Of a stretch of DNA of 64,000 nt, positions 46,993 to 56,798 are shown in pieces. Under the pieces are notes generated by a model, which worked only from the letters and a program-made list of their open reading frames with translations, ran no database searches and was not told where the DNA came from. Source of the DNA: Gemmatimonadota bacterium (GTDB taxonomy: Bacteria; Gemmatimonadota; Gemmatimonadetes; Gemmatimonadales; Gemmatimonadaceae); contig JANMLN010000083.1 of assembly GCA_031372565.1 (NCBI GenBank), positions 1-64,000 of the forward strand, written 5' to 3'. Made by a program: the position numbers and the translations under genes. The number at the start of each line of letters is the position of its first letter. The first letter of the stretch is position 1.

Positions 46993-48261
46993 ATGCGGAA
47001 CAGAGGGAGCCTGTGGTCGCGCGCTCGCCTGGCGCTGCCGGGCCGGTTGGCGGTGCGCCGTGCCATCGTGCTCGGCGTTGTTGTGGCGGCAGCGGCCGGT
47101 GCGCAGTCGAACAAGCCGCGCGCGCGCGAACTGGGCATTCCCATCGGCGGGACCGCCGGTCCACTGGATGCCATCACGGATGTGGCGGGGGTCGAGGTTG
47201 GTCACACCACGTTGATCAGCGGAAGCGGTCGCCGGCAGGTAGGGAAGGGACCCGTGCGCACCGGCGTCACCGTCGTGCTGCCGCGCGGTCGCGCGAACGG
47301 GGACCCGGTCTTCGCCGCCTGGTTCACGCTCAACGGCAACGGCGAGATGACGGGCACGACCTGGGTGCGGGAGAGCGGCTACCTCGAAGGTCCCGTCGCC
47401 ATCACCAACACGCATTCGGTCGGTGTGGTGCGCGATGCCGTCATCCAGTGGGAGCTGACCCAGAAGACCGTGCTCCAGCCCTGGTGGCTGCCGGTCGTGG
47501 CCGAGACGTTTGATGGCGGCCTGAACGACATGAACGGCTTTCACGTGAAGCCGGAGCACGTGCTCGCTGCGCTGAATGGCGCGCGCGGTGGCGTGGTGGC
47601 CGAGGGGAGCGTGGGCGGTGGTACCGGTATGCGCTGTCACGGGTTCAAGGCGGGCATCGGGACGGCGTCACGCGTGCTGTCGATGACAGAGGGCGGGTAC
47701 ACGGTCGGCGTCCTCGTCCAGTGCAACTACGGCGCGCGAGCAGACCTCCGGATCGCTGGCGTACCGGTTGGCACGGAGATCAGCGACCTGCTGCCCTGCT
47801 ACGGCGGCTCGGCGCCGTCATCGTTGGGGCCCCGATGCGATCAGCCCGAGCCGGGCGACGCCGCCACCCAGGAGCAGGGATCGATCATCGTCGTCGTCGC
47901 GACGGACGCGCCGTTGCTACCGCATCAACTCGATCGCCTCGTGAAGCGCGTGGCCGTGGGCATCGGGCGCCAAGGCGGGTTCGGCGGCAACTCGTCGGGC
48001 GACATCTTCATCGCCTTCTCGACGGCAAATCCCGACGTCTGGGCGACCGATACGACGAGTACCGTGCGCATGATCGGCAATGATCGCCTCACGCCGTTGT
48101 TCCGGGCCACGGCCCAGGCGACGGAAGGCGCGATCACCAATGCGCTGCTCGCGGCCGAGACGATGACGGGGGCGGACGACCTGCGCGTGTCGGCGCTGCC
48201 GATCGACCGGCTTCGCGCGATCATGGCGAAGTACGGGCGACCGCTCGCACCATCCCGGTGA
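46993..48261 (+). CDS. dmpA: DmpA/BapA-family (P1) aminopeptidase, secreted; start uncertain
   Basis: RARELGI, AITDVAGVEVGH, RTGVT, NGNGEMTG, LPVVAET, QG|SIIVVVATDAPL autoprocessing site, SGDIFIAFST. Confidence 0.88.
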   Translation: MRNRGSLWSRARLALPGRLAVRRAIVLGVVVAAAAGAQSNKPRARELGIPIGGTAGPLDAITDVAGVEVGHTTLISGSGRRQVGKGPVRTGVTVVLPRGRANGDPVFAAWFTLNGNGEMTGTTWVRESGYLEGPVAITNTHSVGVVRDAVIQWELTQKTVLQPWWLPVVAETFDGGLNDMNGFHVKPEHVLAALNGARGGVVAEGSVGGGTGMRCHGFKAGIGTASRVLSMTEGGYTVGVLVQCNYGARADLRIAGVPVGTEISDLLPCYGGSAPSSLGPRCDQPEPGDAATQEQGSIIVVVATDAPLLPHQLDRLVKRVAVGIGRQGGFGGNSSGDIFIAFSTANPDVWATDTTSTVRMIGNDRLTPLFRATAQATEGAITNALLAAETMTGADDLRVSALPIDRLRAIMAKYGRPLAPSR

Positions 48262-48330
48262 ACGATCCTGCCGCACAGTTCGCGTGCTCGAAGGTTGTAC
48301 GTCGTTGATGTCCCCTACTCCGGAGTCCGC

Positions 48331-49257
48331 ATGATGTCCCGTGTCGTTCGAGTCACCCTCGTCGCGCTTGCCGTGACCGGCGCGTGTGCGCTTCCCACGC
48401 GAGCAGTCGCGCAGTCCGCGATGGATACCGTCACGATCCGCACCGTCAAGGTCGCCGACGGCGTGTTCATGCTGGTCGGTTCAGGCGGCAACATCGGCGT
48501 GTCGGTGGGCGAGGATGGCGTTGTCCTGATCGACGACCAGTTCGCCCCGCTGACGACCAGGATTCTCGCCGCCGTCCGGGCGCTGTCGCCCAATCCGGTC
48601 AAGTTCCTCATCAACACGCACTTTCACGGCGACCACACGGGCGGCAACGACAACATCGGCAAGACCGGTGTCGTGATCGTCGCGCAGAACAACGTGCGCG
48701 AGCGCCTCTCCAAGGAGCAGTTCTCGGCCCGCTTCAAGTCCCGGACGCCGCCGGCACCGAAGGCCGCGCTGCCGGTCGTGACCTTCCCGACCGAGACGGA
48801 GATCCACATGAACGGCGAGACGCTCGAGGCGCACCACATCCCGAAGGCGCACACCGATGGTGATGCCATCGTGAAGTTCGTGAAGGCGAACGTGGTGCAC
48901 GGCGGCGACGTCTTCGTGCGCTACGGCTTTCCGTTCATCGATCGGGAGAGCGGCGGCACCTTGCTCGGCATGGTCAGCGGCATCGAGAAGCTGCTGTCGG
49001 TGACGGATGCGAACACCAAGTACATCCCCGGCCACGGCGAGCTCGCGACGCGGTCCGATGTCGAGGGTTTCCTGGCGCTGCTCAAGACGGTGCGGGATGC
49101 CGCGCAAGGGGCGATCCGGAAGCAACAGGCGTTGCCGGCGTTTCTGGCCAGCAAGCCGCTGGCTGTCTACGAGACCAGGTTCGGGGCCAACGGCTTCGTG
49201 AAGGCCGATGACCTGCTCACGCTCGCGTACGAGGAGCTCGGCGGCGCCAGGAAGTAG
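48331..49257 (+). CDS. Secreted metallo-beta-lactamase-fold hydrolase (cyclase-like)
   Basis: Signal peptide, GGNIG, LIDDQF, THFHGDHTGGN (HxHxDH), HTDGD, GD, PGHG. Confidence 0.88.
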   Translation: MMSRVVRVTLVALAVTGACALPTRAVAQSAMDTVTIRTVKVADGVFMLVGSGGNIGVSVGEDGVVLIDDQFAPLTTRILAAVRALSPNPVKFLINTHFHGDHTGGNDNIGKTGVVIVAQNNVRERLSKEQFSARFKSRTPPAPKAALPVVTFPTETEIHMNGETLEAHHIPKAHTDGDAIVKFVKANVVHGGDVFVRYGFPFIDRESGGTLLGMVSGIEKLLSVTDANTKYIPGHGELATRSDVEGFLALLKTVRDAAQGAIRKQQALPAFLASKPLAVYETRFGANGFVKADDLLTLAYEELGGARK

Positions 49258-49536
49258 CCGTGATGACCGATCCTCCATCGGGGCGCGTGCCCATGCCGGG
49301 CGACCCGGACCGCTCCGCGAGCGACAAGGGCGCCTGTTGGCGACCCGATGCCGCAACGCGTCGCGTTCTCGGCGACTGGCGCGCGTAGACCCGCCCGTTA
49401 GAGTTGGTTCAGGCAGGTTGAGCCAGCCCGAGCCGATCTTCCTCCACCTGTCACACACAGAGCTCATGCTGCAGTTGTCGCCACGATGTGAACGCGCGCC
49501 GCGCTGGTACCGCCTCGCGAGTCGCACGGAGGAGCG

Positions 49537-50943
49537 GTGAGCCGTCTTCCGCATGTCGCCGTCCTCGGTGGCGGCCCGGCCGGCTGCGGTGCCGCGTACC
49601 AGCTGCGTCGCACCGGCAAGGCCACGGTCACGCTGATCGAGAAGCAGGACGTCGTGGGTGGCAATGCCGGCTCCTTCCAGTGGAGCGGGCAGTGGCTCGA
49701 TTACGGCAGTCACCGCTTGCACCACACCGCCGCGCCGCACATCCTCGCCGACATCAAGCAGATGCTCGGCGACGATTTCGGTGATTTCTCGCGTCACGGC
49801 CGCATTCGCCTCCGCGGCCAGTGGCTGCACTTCCCGATCCAGACGATGGACCTGCTCCGGCGCCTCGACAAGCCGTTCGCGTTGGGCATGGGGTGGGACA
49901 TGGTGATGGGGAAGCTCGCCAAGCGTGCCGAGGGCGACACGTTCGCCTCGGTGCTCCGGGCGAATCTCGGACCGACGATGAGCGAGGGGTTCTACTTCCC
50001 GTACGGCCGCAAGATGTGGGGACGCGAACCGGAGGAGCTGTCGGCGATTCAGGCACGCAAGCGCGTGACCGCGGGCAGCTTCGGCAAGTTGATCAAGCGA
50101 CTGCTGAATCCGGTTGGCGGCGGCAACTACTTCTACATGCGCGAAGGGTACGGTCAGATTTCGCGTGCCTATGCGCAGGAGGCTACGCGGCTCGGCGCCG
50201 ACATCGTCCTCGGTTGGGGGGCGTCGCGCGTGGAGCCGTCGCCCGTGGAGGGATACACCTGGCGCATCACGATGACGCGCGGCGAGGAGGTGCGCACGAT
50301 CGACGCGGACTACATCTGGTCCACCATTCCGATCACCTTGCTCGCGAACATGATGCCGACGCCGCCCGCGCCCGAGGTGGTGCAGGCGTCACGGGAGATC
50401 CAGTATCGCGCGATGGTGCTCGTGTACGTGAAGCTGCCGGTGCACCAGTACACCACCACCGACGCGCACTATTTCCCGGAAGAGAACGTGCGCGTGACAC
50501 GCCTGTCGGAGCCGAAGAACTATTTCCGCTCGACATCGCCACAGGGCAGTACGGTGCTGTGCGGCGAGTATCCGTGCACGATCGGCGACGAGCTGTGGAC
50601 CGCGACCGATGCCCAGCTCGCGGAGCGCATGGCGAGGGATGCCGCGACCGCCGCGATCCCGTTTCCGGCGGCGCCCACCGATGTGCTGATTCGACGCTTG
50701 CCGCAGGCATATCCGATCTACCTGCGCGGATACGAGAAGCCGTTGGGTGTGCTCGACGACTGGGCGGCGGCACAGACCAACATTCTCGTGTACGGACGCC
50801 AAGGGTTGTTCGCCCACGACAACACCCACCATGCCCTCTTCATGGCGTACTCGGCCGTGGAGTGCCTGAACGGCATGTCGTTCGATCACCACAAGTGGAG
50901 CGAGTTCCGGCAAGTCTTCAAGACGCATGTCGTCGAAGACTGA
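49537..50943 (+). CDS. FAD-dependent oxidoreductase (protoporphyrinogen oxidase/UDP-galactopyranose mutase-like)
   Basis: GGAG RBS and GTG start. VLGGGPAG dinucleotide fold, GG motif, DYGSHRLH, KMWG, RLSEPKN, AYPIY, GRQGLF. Confidence 0.82.
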   Translation: MSRLPHVAVLGGGPAGCGAAYQLRRTGKATVTLIEKQDVVGGNAGSFQWSGQWLDYGSHRLHHTAAPHILADIKQMLGDDFGDFSRHGRIRLRGQWLHFPIQTMDLLRRLDKPFALGMGWDMVMGKLAKRAEGDTFASVLRANLGPTMSEGFYFPYGRKMWGREPEELSAIQARKRVTAGSFGKLIKRLLNPVGGGNYFYMREGYGQISRAYAQEATRLGADIVLGWGASRVEPSPVEGYTWRITMTRGEEVRTIDADYIWSTIPITLLANMMPTPPAPEVVQASREIQYRAMVLVYVKLPVHQYTTTDAHYFPEENVRVTRLSEPKNYFRSTSPQGSTVLCGEYPCTIGDELWTATDAQLAERMARDAATAAIPFPAAPTDVLIRRLPQAYPIYLRGYEKPLGVLDDWAAAQTNILVYGRQGLFAHDNTHHALFMAYSAVECLNGMSFDHHKWSEFRQVFKTHVVED

Positions 50944-52378
50944 CGCTTCGGCGTCAATCGTTCTGGTGCTCGTCGCGATCGCCGTCATCGCCCGCGTGAT
51001 CGGATTGGATGGCGGGCTCTGGGTGGACGAGGTGTACTCGCTCGTCCGTTCCTTCCGTGAACCGGTCGGCACCATCGTCACCGAGTACTGGGGGGACAAT
51101 CATCATCCCCTGTACGCGGTGTTGGCGCACGCAAGCCGGGCCGTGTTTGGTGAGTCGCCGTGGAGCGTGCGATTGCCGGCGATGTTGTTTGGCGTCGCGG
51201 CAGTCCCCATGTTGCTGCGACTCGGACAACAGGTTGCCTCGCGGCGCGAGGCGATCATGGCGGCGCTGCTGCTCGCCCTGTCGTACCACCACGTGTGGTT
51301 CTCGCAGAACGCGCGCGGGTACAGTGCGATCGCCTTCTTCACCATCGCGACGCTCTCGGCGCTGCTGCAGGGGGTGGTGAGTGGCGAGCGGCGCCATTGG
51401 TTGCTGTACGCGGTGCTCGCCTCCCTCGGCGCGTACACGCACCTGACCATGATCTTCGTGGTGGTGGGCCACGCGGCGGCACTGGCGCTCTGGCTGGTGA
51501 TGACCCGGCTGCCGGAGCGTGCACGGCTCGTGCGCCTGGGTATCCTGGCGTTCGGGCTCTCGGCGGTGGGCACCGTGCTCCTGTATGCGCCGATGCTGCG
51601 TGGCGTGATCGCGTATTTCACGCAGCAGAAGTCGGGGATGTCCGGTGTGTCCACACCGTCGTGGGCGGCGGCGGAGCTGGTCCGCGGCCTCCTGGTCGGC
51701 CTCGGTGCGGGTGGAGCGGTGGTCGCCGCCGGCGCCCTGTGTATCGGCGCGCTGGTCGGGGTGCTGGGCGTCCGCTCGCTCTGGCGCACGCAGCGGCTGT
51801 TCCTCCTCGCGATGATCGCACCGATCGGCGTGACCATTCTTGGTGCCGTTGCGACCCGCGGAACGATGTATCCCCGGTTCTTCTTCTTTGCGATCGGACC
51901 CGCGATCCTGATCGCGGTGCATGGCGCATTCGTGACCTGTCGCTGGTGTGCGGCGCGTTTCCCGAGGCTGGGGACCGGGGACCGGTTGGCCACGACGGCC
52001 GTCTCGGTCGGCATCCTGCTGTCGGCGCTCTCCTTGTCGGCCAACTATCGCTTTCCGAAGCAGGACTTCGCGGGGGCGATGGCGTACGTGCTGGCGTCGC
52101 GCGCGGCGACTGATGGGGTGGTCACGGCGGGGATCCCGTCCAATCCACTGAACACCCTGTACCTGCAGCCGTGGCCCGTCGTCAGGACACGTGCGTCACT
52201 CGATTCGGTGCGGGCGACGGTGTCACGCACCTGGGTGATCTGGAGCTTTCCGCGCATTCTCGAGCGCAGTGCGCCCCAGATCGCGGCGCTGCTATCGCAG
52301 GACTGTCCCCATCCGCGTACGTTTCGCGGGACCGTTGGTGGCGGTGACATTCTGGTATGCGTGCTCAATCGGCCATGA
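50927..52378 (+). CDS. GT-C fold polyprenol-phosphate-dependent glycosyltransferase (PMT/GT39-like)
   Basis: LWVDE acidic motif after the first TM, HPLY, SVRLP, SQNARGY, many TM helices. Confidence 0.85.
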   Translation: MSSKTDASASIVLVLVAIAVIARVIGLDGGLWVDEVYSLVRSFREPVGTIVTEYWGDNHHPLYAVLAHASRAVFGESPWSVRLPAMLFGVAAVPMLLRLGQQVASRREAIMAALLLALSYHHVWFSQNARGYSAIAFFTIATLSALLQGVVSGERRHWLLYAVLASLGAYTHLTMIFVVVGHAAALALWLVMTRLPERARLVRLGILAFGLSAVGTVLLYAPMLRGVIAYFTQQKSGMSGVSTPSWAAAELVRGLLVGLGAGGAVVAAGALCIGALVGVLGVRSLWRTQRLFLLAMIAPIGVTILGAVATRGTMYPRFFFFAIGPAILIAVHGAFVTCRWCAARFPRLGTGDRLATTAVSVGILLSALSLSANYRFPKQDFAGAMAYVLASRAATDGVVTAGIPSNPLNTLYLQPWPVVRTRASLDSVRATVSRTWVIWSFPRILERSAPQIAALLSQDCPHPRTFRGTVGGGDILVCVLNRP

Positions 52379-53337
52379 CAAAGCTCATCATCCAAATCCC
52401 GTGCTACAACGAAGCGGAGACGCTGCCGCCCACGCTGCGCGACTTGCCGCGTGCGATTCCCGGGATTGATGTCATCGAGTACCTGATCATCGACGATGGA
52501 AGCCGGGACGAGACGTCCGCCGTTGCCCGGGCTCATGGCGTGCATCATGTGGTGCGGTTCCCGCGCAACAAGGGGCTCGCCGCGGCGTTTCGCGCCGGGA
52601 TCGAGGAGTTGCTGCGTCAGGGCGCGGATCTGATCGTCAACACCGACGCGGACAACCAGTACCAGGCCAGCGACATTGCGACGCTGGTGCGTCCGATTCT
52701 CGAGGGGCGCGCCGAGATGGTGGTGGGCGACCGGGGCGTCGGTGAGCTGCCGCACTTCTCGCCGATCAAGCGCAAGCTCCAGGTGTTGGGCAGCTGGGTG
52801 ATCGGCCGCGCGGCGGAACTCAAGACGCCGGATGCCACCAGCGGATTTCGCGCGCTCTCGCGGGAGGCCGCGCTCAAGACGGTGGTGCTGAGCAACTACT
52901 CCTACACGCTGGAGTCGCTGATTCATGCCGGCAGTCGGCGGGCGGCGGTCGCGTTCGTCTCGATCGGCATCAATCCGCAGACGCGCCCGTCGCGCCTGAT
53001 GAAGTCGATTCCGCACTATATCCGCAAGTCCGGCATCACGATTCTTCGTGCGTACATGCGCTATCGCCCGCTCCGGGTGTTCACCGCGATTGGTGCGGTG
53101 CTCGTGGCGCTCGGGCTGATTCCCGCCATCCGATTCGTGTACCTGTACGCGACCGGCAATCGCGTCGGACATGTCCAGTCGCTGATTCTCGCCGCGATTC
53201 TGATGATCGTCGGTTTCCAGATCCTGCTGATCGGACTGCTGGCCGACCTGATTGCCAACAACCGGCAGCTGCTCGAGGAGACGCTCTACCGGGTGCGAAA
53301 GCTCGAACTCGCCCCGGAGAAGGAACAGGACGGATGA
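52375..53337 (+). CDS. GT2 glycosyltransferase (polyprenol-phosphate glycosyltransferase/DPM1-like) with C-terminal TMs
   Basis: [27 protein letters not shown] (DxD), DATSGFRA, two C-terminal TMs. Confidence 0.9.
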   Translation: MTKLIIQIPCYNEAETLPPTLRDLPRAIPGIDVIEYLIIDDGSRDETSAVARAHGVHHVVRFPRNKGLAAAFRAGIEELLRQGADLIVNTDADNQYQASDIATLVRPILEGRAEMVVGDRGVGELPHFSPIKRKLQVLGSWVIGRAAELKTPDATSGFRALSREAALKTVVLSNYSYTLESLIHAGSRRAAVAFVSIGINPQTRPSRLMKSIPHYIRKSGITILRAYMRYRPLRVFTAIGAVLVALGLIPAIRFVYLYATGNRVGHVQSLILAAILMIVGFQILLIGLLADLIANNRQLLEETLYRVRKLELAPEKEQDG

Positions 53338-54338
53338 GGGCAGGGGCCGCACCTGCGGCGAAGCGGTCGTGGTTCAAGCATCCGGCGGTGCGCATCGGTG
53401 TCAGTGTGCTGGTGCTCGCGCTGTTGTTCACCGCGCTGCCCTTTGCCGACATTGCCGCTGCCATCAAGCGCGTGCCCGCCATCGTGTGGCCGACCGCGCT
53501 CGCCGTGTACATGACGCTGCACCTCATCGGTGTTGCCAAGTGGCGCCTGCTCGTGAATGCGGCCGGCGCCGGCCTCTCGTTTCGGACTGCCGCTCGGGCC
53601 TACTACATGGGCTTGTTCGGCAACACGTTCCTGCCCTCGATTGTCGGTGGCGACGTCGTGCGCGCGGGCGTCGCACTGCGTGCCACGCGATCGAAGAGCG
53701 GACTCGTGCTCGGCAGCCTGGTCGATCGGTTGCTCGACATCACCGGACTGGCCGCGGTCGCCGGCATCGGAGCGCTGCTGTCGCCGCGCGCGCTCGACGC
53801 GCAGAGCCGTCGCATCTTTCTGACGCTTGGGGCGGTTCTGGCGGTAGCGGGTCTTGGCGCCGCGGTGGGGGTGATGTTGCTGCCGGTGCGACGCCTGCCG
53901 TGGAAGGTGCGTCGGCGCCTCGTTGCGGTCCGCAAGGCGATTCGTGCGACAGCGAAGAGTCCGGCCGCGCTGGTCAGCGCGTTTCTGATGGGGATGGCGC
54001 TGCAGTCCTTGTTGACGATACTGAATTGGTGGCTCGGACGCGTGATCGGCATCGACATCCCGATCTATGTCTGGCTGTTCGTGTGGCCGTTGGCCAAGGT
54101 TGCGGGGCTCTTGCCGCTCACGCAGAACGGCATCGGCGTGCGTGAGGCTGCGCAGGCGGCACTGTTCGCGCCCTTCGGCGTTCGGGCCACGGCGGCGGTC
54201 GCGACCGGGCTTGTCTTCGAGGTCGTGATCATCACGGGCGGCCTGCTTGGCGGCGTGGTGGCGTGGTTCCTGAGCACCTCCTCGCAGGAGCATGCGGCGC
54301 TGCTGGCGAGTCGACAGGCGAAGCCGGAGACTGAGTGA
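53334..54338 (+). CDS. Lysylphosphatidylglycerol-synthase TM-domain (flippase-like) membrane protein
   Basis: [43 protein letters not shown] signature. Confidence 0.85.
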   Translation: MRAGAAPAAKRSWFKHPAVRIGVSVLVLALLFTALPFADIAAAIKRVPAIVWPTALAVYMTLHLIGVAKWRLLVNAAGAGLSFRTAARAYYMGLFGNTFLPSIVGGDVVRAGVALRATRSKSGLVLGSLVDRLLDITGLAAVAGIGALLSPRALDAQSRRIFLTLGAVLAVAGLGAAVGVMLLPVRRLPWKVRRRLVAVRKAIRATAKSPAALVSAFLMGMALQSLLTILNWWLGRVIGIDIPIYVWLFVWPLAKVAGLLPLTQNGIGVREAAQAALFAPFGVRATAAVATGLVFEVVIITGGLLGGVVAWFLSTSSQEHAALLASRQAKPETE

Positions 54339-54489
54339 ACGGGTGCCCGGACCGGGTGTGGCTTCAGCGCACCGACTGCGTGGCGCGGTTGCGACAGCAT
54401 GGTCGGCAGTCTGCAGGCGGTGGCACGTAGCTGCCGCACGCTCCACCGACCTGCACCAGTGGATTGCCAGTGTGCACCAGGCCGATTCT

Positions 54490-54505
54490 TGGCATCGACT
54501 TTGCA
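54490..54505 (+). promoter_or_regulatory. Sigma54 (-24/-12) promoter
   Basis: TGGCATCGACTTTGCA has exact GG-N10-GC spacing and lies in the intergenic gap about 75 nt before the GT2 ATG. Confidence 0.6.
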
Positions 54506-54581
54506 CTGTCTGGCAGGGTATACCGTAGTATTATGACGCAGCTCGGCTCCGTCGCTCGTCCACGAGAACGCTTTCCCGCTC

Positions 54582-55388
54582 ATGACTGGCCCGAACGCAT
54601 CGAAGAGCCGCACGGAGGACGACGCCGACTGCCTGGTCGACGTGGTCATTCCGGTGCTGAACGAAGCTCGAGTCCTCGCCAGCAGCGTGGAGGAGGTTCG
54701 TCGGTATCTGGGCGCCAGCGTGCCGTGGCGCTGGCGCGTGATCATCGTCGACAACGGCTCGACAGATGGGACAGACGAGGTGGCGCGAGCGCTCGTCGCC
54801 AAGCATGACGACGTGCGTTTTCTGCAGCTGCCGCAGCGCGGTCGTGGCCGTGCACTGCGCCATGCGTGGACGCAAAGCGACGCTGACATCATGTGTTACA
54901 CCGACGTCGATCTGTCGACCGAACTGGCGGCGCTGCCCGTGCTCGTGCACGCACTCCGCCACGAAGGGTACGATCTCGCCACGGGGTCGCGTTTGTTGCC
55001 GGGATCGCGCACCAAGCGGTCGTTCAAGCGCGAACTCATCTCGCGCTGCTACAATCTGATCGTCAAGCTCGTCCTCGGCACGTCCTTCAGTGACGCACAG
55101 TGCGGCTTCAAGGTCGTCACGCGTGAAGTCGTGCGCGAGATCATTCCGCAGGTGCAGGACGAGTCGTGGTTCTTCGACACCGAACTCCTGGTGCTCGCCG
55201 AGAAGCAGAAGTACCGGTTGAAGGATCTCGCCGTGGAGTGGATCGAGGACGACGATAGCCGCGTGAAGATCGTGAAGACGGCGGTGGACGACCTCAAGGG
55301 GGTGTGGCGGTTGCGTGTCGCGCTCTGGCGCGGGGCATTCCGGCCCAGGGATCGTGCGGCGCAGCCCGTCTCGAAGCAGGTCCGTTGA
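54582..55388 (+). CDS. GT2 glycosyltransferase (dolichyl-phosphate beta-glucosyltransferase-like)
   Basis: VVIPVLNE, VDNGSTD, GRGRA, YTDVDLS, GSR, DAQCGFK, WFFDTELL. Confidence 0.9.
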   Translation: MTGPNASKSRTEDDADCLVDVVIPVLNEARVLASSVEEVRRYLGASVPWRWRVIIVDNGSTDGTDEVARALVAKHDDVRFLQLPQRGRGRALRHAWTQSDADIMCYTDVDLSTELAALPVLVHALRHEGYDLATGSRLLPGSRTKRSFKRELISRCYNLIVKLVLGTSFSDAQCGFKVVTREVVREIIPQVQDESWFFDTELLVLAEKQKYRLKDLAVEWIEDDDSRVKIVKTAVDDLKGVWRLRVALWRGAFRPRDRAAQPVSKQVR

Positions 55389-56320
55389 CGGCAGCCCTCT
55401 TTGTCACCGGCGCAACCGGGTTCGTGGGGCGCCGACTGGTCGATGCCCTGGTGCGCTCGAACGTGACCGATGTGCGCCTGTTGGTGCGCTCTGCGCCCAG
55501 CCATGCGGCGACGTTTGCCATGCCGGCGACCTGGCAATCTGTCCCGGGAGCGCTCGACTCGTCCGCCACCTGGCGCGATTCGCTCCGTGGCGTGCACACG
55601 GTGGTGCATCTGGCATCATCGAGCGGCAAGGCGTCGCGAGCGACGCACGAGCAGGTGATCGTGCATGGGACGGCGGCGCTGATTGCGGCGGCGCGACACG
55701 CCGGCGTCAAGCGCTTCCTCTACGTGAGCAGCGTTGCCGCCGGATTCGCCGACCGGCGTTCGTACCACTACGCCGAGGCCAAGCGCGAGGCGGAGGCGCT
55801 AGTGCAGGCGTCCGGCCTTGAGACGCTGATCATCCGGCCGACGATGGTGTTCGGGGTCGGCAGTCCGGTGCTCGACGGACTGCGCAGGCTCGCGACGCTC
55901 CCCGTGCCCATCCTGTTCGGTGATGGCACGCCGAACGTGCAGCCCATTCATGTCGATGACCTCGCCGCGCTCCTCGTCCTGGCACTCGATCCGTCGCACC
56001 CCTGGGGCGGGGAGACGATGACCGTTGGTGGGCGCGACGTGGTGTCGACGGAAGCCTTGATGCGTCGGCTGCGTGGCGGTCCCACGAGCATTGTGCGCTT
56101 CACGCACGTTCCAGTGGATCCGCTGCGTGCGCTGCTCGCGTTGGCGGAGCCCGTGCTGCTGCCGCTGCTCCCATTCACGGCCGGACAGCTCACGGCATTC
56201 GTGAATCGCAGCGACGCGGGGCCGCCCACCCCACCACTCGCCCGACTGCTGGCGCGTCTATCGCCGCCGCTGCGCGGGTTGGACGCGATGCTCCCCTCGG
56301 ATGCACCACATGCCGGCTGA
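55385..56320 (+). CDS. NAD-dependent epimerase/dehydratase (extended SDR)
   Basis: TTG start overlapping the upstream stop. VTGATGFVG, VVHLA, YVSS, YAEAK (YxxxK), IRPTMVFG, QPIHVDD. Confidence 0.87.
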   Translation: MTAALFVTGATGFVGRRLVDALVRSNVTDVRLLVRSAPSHAATFAMPATWQSVPGALDSSATWRDSLRGVHTVVHLASSSGKASRATHEQVIVHGTAALIAAARHAGVKRFLYVSSVAAGFADRRSYHYAEAKREAEALVQASGLETLIIRPTMVFGVGSPVLDGLRRLATLPVPILFGDGTPNVQPIHVDDLAALLVLALDPSHPWGGETMTVGGRDVVSTEALMRRLRGGPTSIVRFTHVPVDPLRALLALAEPVLLPLLPFTAGQLTAFVNRSDAGPPTPPLARLLARLSPPLRGLDAMLPSDAPHAG

Positions 56321-56798
56321 GCCCGCCTCGGTGCCCGCCCAGGCGCCCTCGTCGGAGATGTCGGCGGAGTGTCGGGTCTTTGCGCGGTATCTGGCCGAGA
56401 CCGAGGCGTCGCCGTATGTGCAGCAGGCGTATGCGCAACTGCGCGCCAGCAGCGACATGCCCTTGGGCCTGCGAGAGCGGCGCATCGAGCGCGCGTTGTT
56501 GACGGTGGCACGGCAGGGGGCGCTGGCAACGCGTGTGGCTGATGGATACGCGCGGTTCTTCCTGCCGCGATCGGTGTTGCGCCGACGGCTGGTGTTGATG
56601 CTGGCGATTCTCGAGAACAGCCCGGGGAGCGAGCAGGTGCTCAATTCCGGCGACGAAGGCGCACTGGTCGGTGTTGGCGCGCGACTGATGCTGACCGGCA
56701 TTGCGAGCGTGCTCTGTGCGCTGGTGGGCGTCGTGATCTTCGCGCCCGTTCATCTGGCAAGTGGCGGCAACGCTGCGCAGCCGGCGCGACTGCATTGA
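56310..56798 (+). CDS. Hypothetical protein with C-terminal hydrophobic helix
   Basis: Fills the gap between the SDR and GMC genes and overlaps both. C-terminal LMLTGIASVLCALVGVVIFAPV. Confidence 0.62.
   Translation: MPAEPASVPAQAPSSEMSAECRVFARYLAETEASPYVQQAYAQLRASSDMPLGLRERRIERALLTVARQGALATRVADGYARFFLPRSVLRRRLVLMLAILENSPGSEQVLNSGDEGALVGVGARLMLTGIASVLCALVGVVIFAPVHLASGGNAAQPARLH

Noticed and set aside
54421..54434. Second sigma54-like TGGCACGTAGCTGC
   Set aside because: GG-to-GC spacing is one base short of the strict requirement.
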